From Dipteris shenzhenensis (lineage: Eukaryota): a DNA stretch of 64,000 bases. The notes beneath the pieces are model-generated. The model did no database searches and was not told the origin of the DNA. It worked only from the letters and a program-made list of their open reading frames with translations. This document shows, piece after piece, positions 1 through 10,494 of the stretch (within the stretch, counting starts at the first letter, position 1; each line of letters begins with the position of its first letter). Location: the NCBI GenBank assembly GCA_047967505.1, contig CM106538.1. One strand, given 5' to 3'. A program made the position numbers and the translations under genes.

Positions 1-1078
1 GTGAAGGAACGCATGCTCATTCTCCACACCTTTAGCTTTACATGCTGTGAGGAACTTCCTAACATGAGCTTCCGCATCCTCATGGAGGTGGCCTTTGAAC
101 TTTTGAGTCTTCACGTGGACCTTGTTGAGTAGCTCAAGAAGTCTAGCTCTGTCTGGGGGACTGAGAACGGCCATCCCCACCCGAGAGGTTGGAGAAGATG
201 CAAGAGTTGGAGGGAGTCCTGATGGGGCTGTAATGAGTGTTGGTGTTCCCAAGGAGGAGACCACCCCGACAACTCCTCCTGTGGAGGACCACAATGGGGA
301 AGTCACTACTGATGTAGTCATAGAGGGAGTGTACCCAGATGGTAGCGCGTAAGTGGGGGGTCTCGGTGTTGCAGAGGGAAAGGGTGAGAACATGGAAGAT
401 GTGGGGGTGAAAGAGGATGGGGGAGCATTTGGGAAAGAAAGGGACGGAGCTGAAGTCATGGATGAGTAGGCAGAAGGGAAGGAAGGAGGTGGTGGAAAAG
501 GCAACACCGGTGTGGATGGAAAGGGAGATGAAACCATCGTGGCAGGTAAAGGCATGGCCGGAGCAAAAGTACCCCCCAATGGAATAGATGTAGAAGAAGG
601 ATTAGCTAGGAGCCCGAAGCTATGCATAACAGATGAGGTCGCAGCTTGTCCACAAGAGGTTGAGGCAGGAGCAGATGGAGTCACCACTCCGGTAGAAGAG
701 GTGGTTGATGAAGACATCGTTGCAGGAAGAGAAGAGGGGCTTCCTTGACCTTGATGAGTCCCTGAGGAGCCCTCGTCCTTAGTACCCTCTTCTTTCACCT
801 GTTCTCCGCTTTTTTTGCACTTCTTCTTCTCCGGAGTCCGGATCTGACCACCAGGGTCCCTGTTGGTCCAAGTCAATGAGAGTGTCGATGAAGTTACTTG
901 CTCTGGCTACTGCTCCAGTGGGCTCACTTTGTGCTCGAGTTGAGGGCTTCGCAAACTTACGTCGCACGTAATGCTTCTTGTACCTAGTTTGGTCTGCCGG
1001 AAGTCTTTTCTCCACTCTCCTCAAGTACCTCCTAGTTCTCTCACTAGCTCCTTCAAAGGTTTCAGAACTACTCGGCAT
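1..1078 (-). mobile_element. gag: Ty3/gypsy gag N-terminus, running off the window edge, with one +1 frameshift at the A7 run (810-816)
   Basis: Minus frame is open from ~819 to base 1 (ATG at 717). It is S/P/T-rich and ends in KFKGHLHEDAEAHVRKFLTAC, resembling the F-x-G-x(3)-ED-x(3)-H-x(3)-F motif of gypsy Gag. The upstream ORF from ATG 1078 joins it across the homopolymer and starts just 3' of a PBS. Confidence 0.7.
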
Positions 1079-1138
1079 AAGACCTCTCTCTAGGACCCTA
1101 GAACACCACTTCTCTCGTGCTACTCAATACCAGCAGTG

Positions 1139-1155
1139 TCCCACCGTGATCGCCA
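1139..1155 (-). promoter_or_regulatory. Primer-binding site, tRNA-Arg-like, of the gypsy element
   Basis: Minus strand reads ...AAACA gttta TGGCGATCACGGTGGGA, resembling the complement of plant tRNA-Arg 3' ends used by Tat/Ogre-type elements. Confidence 0.7.
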
Positions 1156-1160
1156 TAAAC

Positions 1161-3729
1161 TGTTTGAGGGGAGGGGTTCCTATCCTTCCGGAGGTGTTAC
1201 CGGAGGCCAAAGGCCACTGGTGTGAGAAGCATGAGTTGTGCAATGCTCTAATGCAATGGATCGTGCAGAGCGCACCGTGCAGTAGTGTGCGAGTGTCGTA
1301 TGCTATACTGCAGTGAACGACGACGTAAGAGTGCACTATGCTAAGTGACAATCACCGGTGAACTCCACAACATAAGCAAAATAAGAAAATCCTACACTGG
1401 TGAACAATCCCCATATCCGGAAGAGACAAGAGAGATGAGAAAGTGACCGAATTGGCCAATGTACATATCACTGGACGTATCCCCAGGTCACAAGTCGCAA
1501 GTCACAAGAATACACAAGTCGCAAATCACCAGAATACACAGGTCTATCCCCATAGTAGACAAAGGGTACACACAAATCTCTCACATTCGCTCCTTGGCGA
1601 GCTCGTAGCTCTAGCCTCTATCTCTCCTCACTCTCCTCCCTTTCGCTCCCGTGCCGAATGCCGAATGCTGAATGCCGCCCCTTTCTCTCTCCCTTCTCCT
1701 TCATCTTCATCCCCCGCCTTGGAGGGTCCCTTCTTCGCTGAGAATTCCCCCTCTTTCTTCCCATTGGTCATCCTCTTATCTCCTTAGCTGTTGAGGATAG
1801 CCGTTGCGCCGCTGGCTCTCTTGATGGCTTCAGCGACTTCCTGACTCCCTGACTTGCCAGCCTGATGGTATAAATTCTCCATGTGCAGGTGAGCTGGTTC
1901 ACCGCACCTCTTGATGGCTTCGGCGACTTTCTGACTCCCTGACTCGCCAGCCCGATGGTGTAAATTCTCCATGTGCAGGTGAGTTGGTTCACCGCACCAC
2001 TGCACCACTATATCACTGAACCACTGTGTAATATAAATACTCCTGACTGCTCCATGTGCTAAGCTCACTCTCCGTGTGCGCAGCTCTTGATGACCTGTGG
2101 TTGACATGTGTCGACCTGTGGTTGACCTGTGTCGACCTGTGGTTGACCTGTGTCGACCTGTGGTTGACAGCCTCGGACAGTACTCCTGGATGAACCCGTG
2201 TGATCGCGTGGCTAACTTGTGTTGACACATGGTCAACATGTGGTCAACAGATGTCGTCATGTGGTCAACGCCTGTCGACAGGTGGTCGTGTGATAAGGTA
2301 ACATATGGGCAGCCCTCTCTCTAGGGCATATTTTGTAGATCCTTTCTTCTCTCAAGATCAGGCCTCTCTCCACCTCTAGATCATGTGAACAGGTTTTGAT
2401 TTTGCAGATTAGATGTCTTTTAGATGTTGATATGTATTTCCCGAGGTATTTGTGCATCCCATAGTTGTCCATTGAATTAATTTCCTGTTTATAGAACTGC
2501 ATTTTTATCCCTGAGTTTTGCCATAGTTTTTGTAGCATTGTCTATGTTAGTATCTCCTTGATTTCACATGCAGCTGTTATACCCCATGATTCCATCCACT
2601 TTATCCCCTCTCTGTGCCATCCTGTGATTTTCATAGCGTCCATCACCTTTGTGTGGTATCCCATTGGCGTCCATCTTCTCAATGCCATAAATTGGCACAT
2701 TGCCTCTCCTTCTAGAGGTATCATACTTGCTTCAGCTAGTAGGATGGGGTAGGGTGTTTGTGCTTTAACCCCTAACTCCCCAATTAGGGATAGAGAAAGA
2801 AAGAAAGAAAGAAAGAAAGTTTATTAAAGTCTTCGAAAGACCGATGTTTTCTATGAGATTGTGAGAACTTGATACAATAAGCTGAAAGGGTGGGAGCTAC
2901 TAAAGCATCATCACCCATGCTAAATGCTGAGTGCTACATAGTCATAACATCATCATCATCATCATCATCATCATCATATCAAGTCAGATCAATGCAAGTT
3001 TGGTTAGATACAAGAGATCTATGAGTGGAAGACCCCCCAAAGAGGAGCTCATGATGGGCCCGGTGATGGGCGAGGTTGTAGTGGTATGAGATTAGATATA
3101 GAACGTTGGCGGCTATCTGTGATGTGTCTGTCGTGGCCTCCTAGTGGTGGATTTGTGTGAGAAGGGTCATAGTGACTCTTGTTGGTCGTGCTTTGGCCTT
3201 GAACGTGGATGGGATGTCCCCAAGCATGATCTGTGCGTCCACCCTCTGTCGAGTGTGTCATTACTGGCTCTAGATCTCTACCACGTCGACCTCTCGTGGT
3301 CTATGTAGTCTGGAAGAACTCTGCAATGATACTTTTTGATGAACTCCCTATGTGTTTTGTCCTTGTCTCTATGATCTCAGTATGTAGCCTAAGTGCTTTC
3401 AAAGCTGGGTACTATTGGTGGCGGCATGAGATTCCAGAATGATGGAATGGACAAGGTGGAGTGCATGAAGATGGGATGCGAGCATATGAGTGGTCAGTGC
3501 CCTTTCAATTCTTCATAAGGCCATAGAGATTAGATACTAGAGTTTCTTTGATTATTGTAATCCCTTTCTATCCCTAGTCAATGACCCATAACTTCTCAGT
3601 ACCTTTTTCCTCGCTATCTCACTCAATATGACTTTGATTTTAGAGCTGTTCGGACCAATGTTCTTCCCCTGACTAATCCCATTGATTTGCATACTAATTC
3701 GCGAAATACTAGGTACTCATGTCGTGACA
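1161..3729 (-). mobile_element. Gypsy LTR (~2.57 kb)
   Basis: Minus strand starts TGTCACGAC directly after a polypurine tract and ends CTCAAACA 5 nt before the PBS. Contains a 90-bp tandem duplication (1818-1997), 21-bp repeats (~2097-2168), (AAAG)n and (CAT)n. Confidence 0.65.
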
Positions 3730-3742
3730 TCCCCTCTTGCTT
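3730..3742 (-). promoter_or_regulatory. Polypurine tract preceding the gypsy LTR
   Basis: Minus strand AAGCAAGAGGGGA is immediately followed by TG. Confidence 0.6.
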
Positions 3743-4028
3743 AAATTTTAGCTGTCCTCAAGCTAATAACTAAACAGGGTTGAATTCCTATCTTAGGTAG
3801 TGTTTGCGAACTACATGCAGATATATTCAATGGAGGCATCCGTATAACCCATCTCTCTTTCTTTGCTATCTTACCACTCATCCTCAAGCTTCTAATCCCT
3901 TAGGTTCATTTTATTTTATTCCTTCCTTTTAATAAAATAATAATCAAAAGGACGGGTAGTAATACTTCTCTTCTTAGCGTCTTGTCATTGTCCCTCTTAT
4001 CTCTGTTCTGCAAGATAAAGTAAACAAA

Positions 4029-4210
4029 TGGTCTAGTCCCAAGTGATCGGCTTGGAACTACTCTTCTACAATAAACTGGTCTAGTCCCAAGTGACCGGCT
4101 TGGAAGTGCTCTTCTATAATTAACTAATGGTCTAGTCCCAAGTGATCGGCTTGGAACTACTCTTCTGTAATAAAAATGGTCTAGTCCCAAGTGATCGGCT
4201 TGGAACTACT
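4029..4210. repeat. Four-copy tandem array of a 34-bp hairpin-forming unit (period 48-51 bp)
   Basis: TGGTCTAGTCCCAAGTGATCGGCTTGGAACTACT starts at 4029, 4077, 4128 and 4177. Confidence 0.95.
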
Positions 4211-5869
4211 AGGAATGCCTTGAGTAATACATTGCCTTAGGTTTCAGCTTACCAACCTGAAACAGATTAACAATTGGGTGGTAAGTCCAATCATCAATCC
4301 CTTACAATGGATTTTCCAATTGTACTCTCAAAGATACAATTGGTAACCTTCTTCCATAGATTGACGGGTATAACCTTCTTCCATAAATTGACAGGTATAA
4401 CACTGTTTGTTGGTACCATGGCCTCTAAATAATGGTGGGAAAGGCTTTTATAGCCTTGAAGGCTTTTGTAACTGCCATCTCACAGATTGGTCCGTAACTG
4501 CCATTCACAGACCTGTCTGTAACTTGCCATTTTTACAGACTGTTCTGTGAGTTTACAGACTGGATCTGAGCCTATAAAAGGCTGCTGCAAATCCCTATTG
4601 CTGTCTGGGGATGACCTATTCTGGGTCCTATAAATGGCCTAGACTGGCTGCTGCTGGCGTTTCATATGTATTGCTGCCGATGTCTGCTGCAGACACATTC
4701 TCAGAGGCTGATAGATGCCTGCAACATTTCCTAGGTATGTGCTCTATCTGCCAGGGTAGGTGTTTATTGTTCAGACTTTAATGTTCACTTTTAAATTTTT
4801 ATACCAGTATTGGCACGCAGTGGGAGATTTTGCATCTTCCTTGGCTAATCTTGAGCGCTGGATGTTTTCATGTAGGGTGAGCTCGAAGTGGGTAGATGAG
4901 GTTGCGAGTGGGAGACCTTGGGATTGGCATTGTGAAGGTGTATAGCTCAGCTTGTAGACAGCAGAGGGGACCCTTTTGGTGTTAGCTCACGTTTGATTGC
5001 TTGATGTATTCTTGATTGTTGGAGGTGGCTTTGACAACCCAAAGATTTGGAGAGGAGTATGTGGTTGTGACGTTCTCAGAGTTTCCCATATAGAGAGAGG
5101 TTCTTGGTGGTAGTTTATTTTCTTCATTAGAGGTGGGGGTCCTTGTGGGAGTTAAGAGTTGATCTGAGTATATGCAGCCTTAGCTATTCCTTTGGACAAT
5201 GCAGACATGATTGCCTTCTAGAGAAGCTGGACAATTTTTATACATGGGATGGGCCATGGAGACAGGAAGTACCATAGGTTTCCTAGTAGGCGTGTCAAAT
5301 TTGGACCATGTGCTTCCATAGTACTGTGCTTGGAACAGCCAGGGTGAACGTCTGAACTACCTCTACGAGGATGAGGATGTTCAAGAAAGAATCACACGGA
5401 TATGGACCTCGGAGGGCACGTCCCCTTAGGATGGCTGAGCGCAATGGATGGCCGATTGGACTAAGAGGATTGTTTTCTGGTAAAAAGTGACTTCTATAGT
5501 GGAAACCACAGCAAAGCAAAATCCTATTGGCTTTGTCCCAAGGTGCACATCATAAGGGTAACTGCATTAGCAGCACCCTTGGAAGTACGACCTTGAATCA
5601 AACAAGATGATAGTTAGGAGGCTGCAGCAAAAATCTATTTTTAGTTTTGTTTTAAAAAAATGATCCACATATACAAAGGTTGTCCTTTTTGTATGATTGT
5701 AGCATTAGCAAGAAGGAGCTCGTGTTTGCAGGAATGAGCTCCAGGAAATCAATTTTCAGCCCAAAAGTCTGCAAAAACCAGGTCTTTGTACCCTGTACAG
5801 ACCCAAGTGTATATGTGAAGGCATTGGAAAGAATTTGCAGGCCGCAACAAAGTCTGAAGTTACATGTAT

Positions 5870-6075
5870 ATGGATACAAGTCATAACATTATTGTACAGA
5901 ATGAGGGGGCAGAAGTTGATGGTACCATGTATAGGCAGCTTGTTGGATGCTTGATCTAACTTGCCATGACACATTCAAAGGAAGGAGTGAGCTAACAGAT
6001 GGTACATCCTAAGAATACGTTGGAAACCTGCTATGAGGATGTTACTGAGATATGTGAGGATTCACTTGATTGTGC
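5870..6075 (+). mobile_element. Degenerate Ty1/copia RT C-terminal fragment in the DEG10 intron
   Basis: Reads VDGTMYRQLVGCLI*LAMT, then a frameshifted WKPAMRM-LRYV. This matches the copia YRxLVGSLIYL...HW...RVLRY motifs. Confidence 0.6.
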
Positions 6076-7085
6076 CTACTTTATGCTAGAGCACCGAAGG
6101 TTAGACTCATAGGCTCTCGTGATAATTGGGTAGGAGATAGGTAGGCACACAAATCTATTATAAGAGCAGCAAACGACAGACCTTAGAGGATCAGCAGGGA
6201 CGGGCCTAGAGTTCCTCGGTATAGCTCAGGTGGAGCATGCAGATTGGGACTCCTTCTTGTTTGCTGTGGGAGGTTGGGACAGCTGGAGGGAGCCTTCCTT
6301 TTGCAGATGGACAGGGAGTCTGGACTTCTCTTGGGGTTACAATTGACAGAGGTCGAGTATATGACACATATCTTGATTGTGTGAGGATTTATCACTTTCA
6401 CTGCATGGGCTCATCAAAGAGAGTGCATTCTCACAAAGGCACTCTTACATGAAAGCGTCAAGTTTGGAGCTAAATCCTTTGTAAAGATCTTTGTAGCATT
6501 TTGCACTTTTGTGACCATTATAAAGATAGTTACTTTCCACATGCCATACAAGGATAGAGCTATTTAATACAATGGGCAAGATAGGGAAATAACAAAAGGT
6601 TTTTTGATACGATTTCCAGAGTGTGCATATATTCTTCAGGTACACCGATTGTCATGAGGAGGATCCCCAACCTGCTTGGGACAGACGTTAAGGGCTCTAT
6701 GTCATAACTGAGTAGAATGGTTTCTAAATTGGTTGGGAGTTGAAGGAGGTGCCCACTCTTGATGGTTCCTAATAAGTTTGTGAAATAGATGTAGGCATAT
6801 GTGTCCTCATGAAAGGGAAAAAAATCTCACAGATATTGCATATTGGCAATACAACATTTGTAAATATGTTTCTCTCATTGCCGTAATGACATTTTCTAAT
6901 TCTTGATCGGTAGTTTAAGTGAAATTTGCAATAAGCTTACTTCATTTTATTGTATTCCTTTGCTTGATCTTGTTTGTTTCGATGTTGTTCACGTTTTATT
7001 TTTGATTTTATAGAATGATATTTTTCATGACAACTGTATAATATGTTTCACAAAATGTATGCTGTCTTTTTGTGTTGGTGCTCAG

Positions 7086-7289
7086 ATTCGTCCTTTGGTA
7101 CCTATTCACCAATTTGATCAGCTTCCAAGCTTCTTTATTTTCGCGGGGTTGGTTTTCACGCCATTGACTCAGCCTTACCTCCATGAATATGGTGAGGATT
7201 GGTACAATACGTCACCTCGTCGGTTGTGTGATCAAGCACTACATGCAATGCCAACAAAGTTTGGGGAACAAATTGTCGTTCTATCACAG
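7086..7289 (+). CDS. DEG10: Protease Do-like 10 (Deg/HtrA), internal coding exon (C-terminal PDZ region)
   Basis: [47 protein letters not shown]... matches plant DEG10. AG at 7084-85, GT at 7290-91, phase 0. Upstream exons lie outside the window. Confidence 0.92.
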
Positions 7290-8241
7290 GTGGGGTGGAA
7301 TATTTCCTTTTGCTTTGTACGAAAGAATGACTTCTATGTCTTTGCTGATTATGTAAGGGTGCTTGTGCATATGTGTGTGTGTGATTCACAAAAGAGTAGA
7401 TGAATTTGTCTCTTTCGGAAATGCCATTTTCATTGACATGCAGATTTATGTAAATTGTGGACGTGGTAGGTAGTTTAGTCCAAGGCAAATTGTGTGGGTT
7501 CGATCACATGATGGACCTTCTTTTATGTAGAGGTAGAGGACATAGGGTCTTTGAAATAGGCAGGCTTTTTGAAACTTATCATCTCCTTTTTCTAAAAATA
7601 GCTTGGGGAATATAAACAACCAACACAAGGAGGTGCCTCAATATGGAGAGGGAGGCTGTGTAGCATCCCTTTTGGAATTATCTATTCACAGTGTTCGTTT
7701 GTTGTTGGGGACTGGTGGTGTCTTGGGTCTGGAAGGTAGCAAAATTCTGTTGGAGGAGCTGTTTGCTAACGGGGACATATCTACCTTCGAAGAAGAGGCT
7801 GTGATCACTCACGCCATAGGTAGCGAGTAAAGCTTCAGTGACAAACATTCTAAGCGTCTTCCCACGTCAATTCTGCAAAGGGTCGAAGCTGGTCGTGTTT
7901 GGTCGTAAATCGTGTCGCCGGAGTCATCTCAATCGGGTGCCTCCGAGGGACGATGCATGATCTATTGCATTGAGTTTGAATGAGAGGCTGTTTAGGGCTA
8001 CAGGGAGGAGACACCCGGTGGAGTCAACGAAGGTGAAGACAGATGTTTGAAAAATGAGATAAGGTCTGGGGGCCCGTAAGGAGGCTGAAAGAAGACTGAA
8101 ACGTAAGAGGCGATGCCAATTGAACTCCCTTAATATTATGCATGAACAAATGGATTGTTTGAGCTGGGCCGCCATCATAATGGCTGGTGCATGTGATGCC
8201 TCGAAAGAGCTAGTATGAGTATGAGTTACTCTGTTATTGTT

Positions 8242-8309
8242 TTTTGTCTCATAGGCTCGTGGCCTCCCGAAGGCGGTAATACATCTCTCTCTCTCTCTTC
8301 TCTCTCTCT
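8242..8309 (+). mobile_element. Short 3'-terminal fragment of a (CT)n-tailed non-LTR retroelement
   Basis: TTTTGTCTCATAGGCTCGTGGCCTCCCGAAGG..GTAAT..(CT)n is homologous to 14471-14532. Confidence 0.55.
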
Positions 8310-8852
8310 TGCTGACCTTGTTTGGCCTCTACATTGTTGAGTTATCCATGTTTATTGATACTCTTGAAAGAGAGGGGTCACCCTTGGCTAGACAATGCTG
8401 CTGATCTTACTTTATGTAGAAAATGATGTGGAATTTCCCCGCACAAAGGGCCCTGGCATGCATCTCTTTCATGAGCAAGCTTCCATGGCGAGCTTTGCGA
8501 AGTCTTGTTGTTTTCGCCATGCAAAAGTTCAGTTGGAATTCAGGTGAACTTGAGCAGGGGTTGACAGCACGTGAGCTCCCCTTGTCACTATCAGACATAC
8601 CATCACTATCACTAGGTTTAGCTACCACTCCCACACAGTCCATCTCCATCTCTTGGAGTTTTGAGTGAAGAAGTCCTTCCATTACAACATTATTACTGTC
8701 ACAACTAATGATTCACATATATTGTTTGTTAGTGGTTGCGGTGCTTCATTCTCACCTTGAAGATGATTAACTTTGAAAACAAAATCTGCCAGTATGGTTT
8801 CAAGGGAAGTTCTCAAATTAACTCTTGGTACTTCTGTGGATTTGCTTTGCAG

Positions 8853-8903
8853 ATTTTGGTAGATGATATCAACACTGGCTTTGAACGACTTGCTGAGCTT
8901 CAG
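8853..8903 (+). CDS. DEG10: DEG10 penultimate exon
   Basis: ILVDDINTGFERLAELQ, flanked by tttgcAG and GTgtgg, phase 0. Confidence 0.92.
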
Positions 8904-9249
8904 GTGTGGGGCTACTGAGTTAATGTCATAAATTTGCTTTATCGTATTGTGATGCTTCATGGTCTGTCTCATTCCTTTTTGCTTTTTATTATGAATCAAA
9001 AAAGCATTTTCCTTTTCATTTCTCTTTTGTTGTCGTTTTTGCGATGTTCAAATTGTAGTTTGTGATGAGAAAATTAAAAAACAACAGAGTGCAAGATATC
9101 TAGAATTGTCTAAAGTTTTCAGGAGACGTACTCGTCTCCTTCTCCACCCTGTACTCTATCGTAAAAGGAACAGAAAGATAGAAGAGCAGATGGAGAAGGA
9201 AATCACTTTTTTGTTCCTCATCATTTTAGTGGTGCCTCTCTCACTGCAG

Positions 9250-9546
9250 GTAAAGAAGGTGAATGGGGTGAGCATCCTTAACCTGCGGCACCTAAGGCAG
9301 CTGGTGGATGATTGTAAAGAGACAAGTATCCGTTTTGATTTGGAAGATGGCAGAGTTGTAGTTCTCAATTTTCAAGTTGCCAAAGAAGTTTCCTCTCGAA
9401 TATTGGAGCGCCATCGCATTCCTACTGCTATGTCAAAAGATATTATGGAAATGCCTGATGAAGTGCATCTAGAAGAATGGGAAAAAGCGGATAATACATG
9501 TGAAGAGGGGGTTGCAGAATCAGTCTGTTTGCAAGGAGCACGGTGA
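9250..9546 (+). CDS. DEG10: DEG10 terminal coding exon
   Basis: VKKVNGVSILNLRHLRQLVDDC...ILERHRIPTAMSKD...GAR* follows ctgcAG; stop TGA at 9544-9546. Confidence 0.92.
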   Translation, partial: VKKVNGVSILNLRHLRQLVDDCKETSIRFDLEDGRVVVLNFQVAKEVSSRILERHRIPTAMSKDIMEMPDEVHLEEWEKADNTCEEGVAESVCLQGAR

Positions 9547-10494
9547 ATGAGTGAGAGAGCATGACGTATTAGCCTTCGGTATTTGATGAAAGTTCATATC
9601 CAACAAGCATTGTGTGCTGCTGCTCCTACTTCTCGAATTTATGCTTGTTTCATGAAAGAGGCTTTATCGACTGAGCTTACTGTCCTGATAAGAGAAGCAG
9701 AATACAAAACCCAAAGTTGGGTATGTGAGACGTGAGGCCTATCCAGTCCTTACACTGGTGATAACATACGAAACTGTATCTTGGGTTTTGTTTAGTAAAA
9801 CTGAGTATGGAAGTCATGCAAAGGAAGGCAACATGGACTCAAAAATCAGCAAATTTTCTTAGTGGCTCAGGATTTCCTTTGAGAAGACTCGAGGCTATCA
9901 AAGGGAGAGCCCAAATCTTCAATTAGCATCAGCTTACATTTAGTACAATAATTTTGATCACATGGGGGTTTTCTATCCGTATATTGAAAATAGATGAAAT
10001 TGAGCTCTCCAAAGAGCACTATTTATCATACGTATTGTATCAAAATTCAAATTGATTGGGAACTCGAACGGCCTTCTGAAATTACCTTCTGTTTGTTTAA
10101 CTCCCTCGTTCTCGTCAGGTTCTCCACTCTGTCACTGTAATGTTTACTTTGTGAGCTCTTTGCATAATGTCCATCTACTTTGTTGATATTGCCTCAATAT
10201 ACTTTTTTGTTTCTATGTTTTGGTATGTTGATCAATGTTGTGCGGCTTCAACAATTGCGGTCGTCATGGAGAAGAAATTCCTTGATAAAGATACTGGTAA
10301 TGCTTGATTCAAGGGTGCTATGGTCTTGATGCTTTTAATCCGATTCAGGAGTAGTTCAACTAAGAGCTCGTCTTACGTCAGATGTACGTAAACCCGCAAC
10401 AGATTGTATCCTCCCCTGTCCCCCTTTCGCCTCTTGAAAAGCTGGAAAATATCAGAGTTATGATGATTTGTTTTGGGATGTAGAAAGAAGTACA

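Noticed and set aside
809-817. A-AAA-AAG slippery heptamer as a programmed -1 frameshift in gag
   Set aside because: The -1 frame hits TGA within a few codons. The gag continuation needs +1, so a homopolymer indel is more likely.
4029-4210. CRISPR-like array of palindromic repeats with spacers
   Set aside because: Spacers are only 14-17 nt and similar to each other, there are no cas genes, and the context is a eukaryotic retrotransposon.
9247-9255. CAG|GTAAAG as a recursive splice site at the DEG10 last exon
   Set aside because: Explained by the conserved Val-Lys codons after the acceptor; there is no other support.
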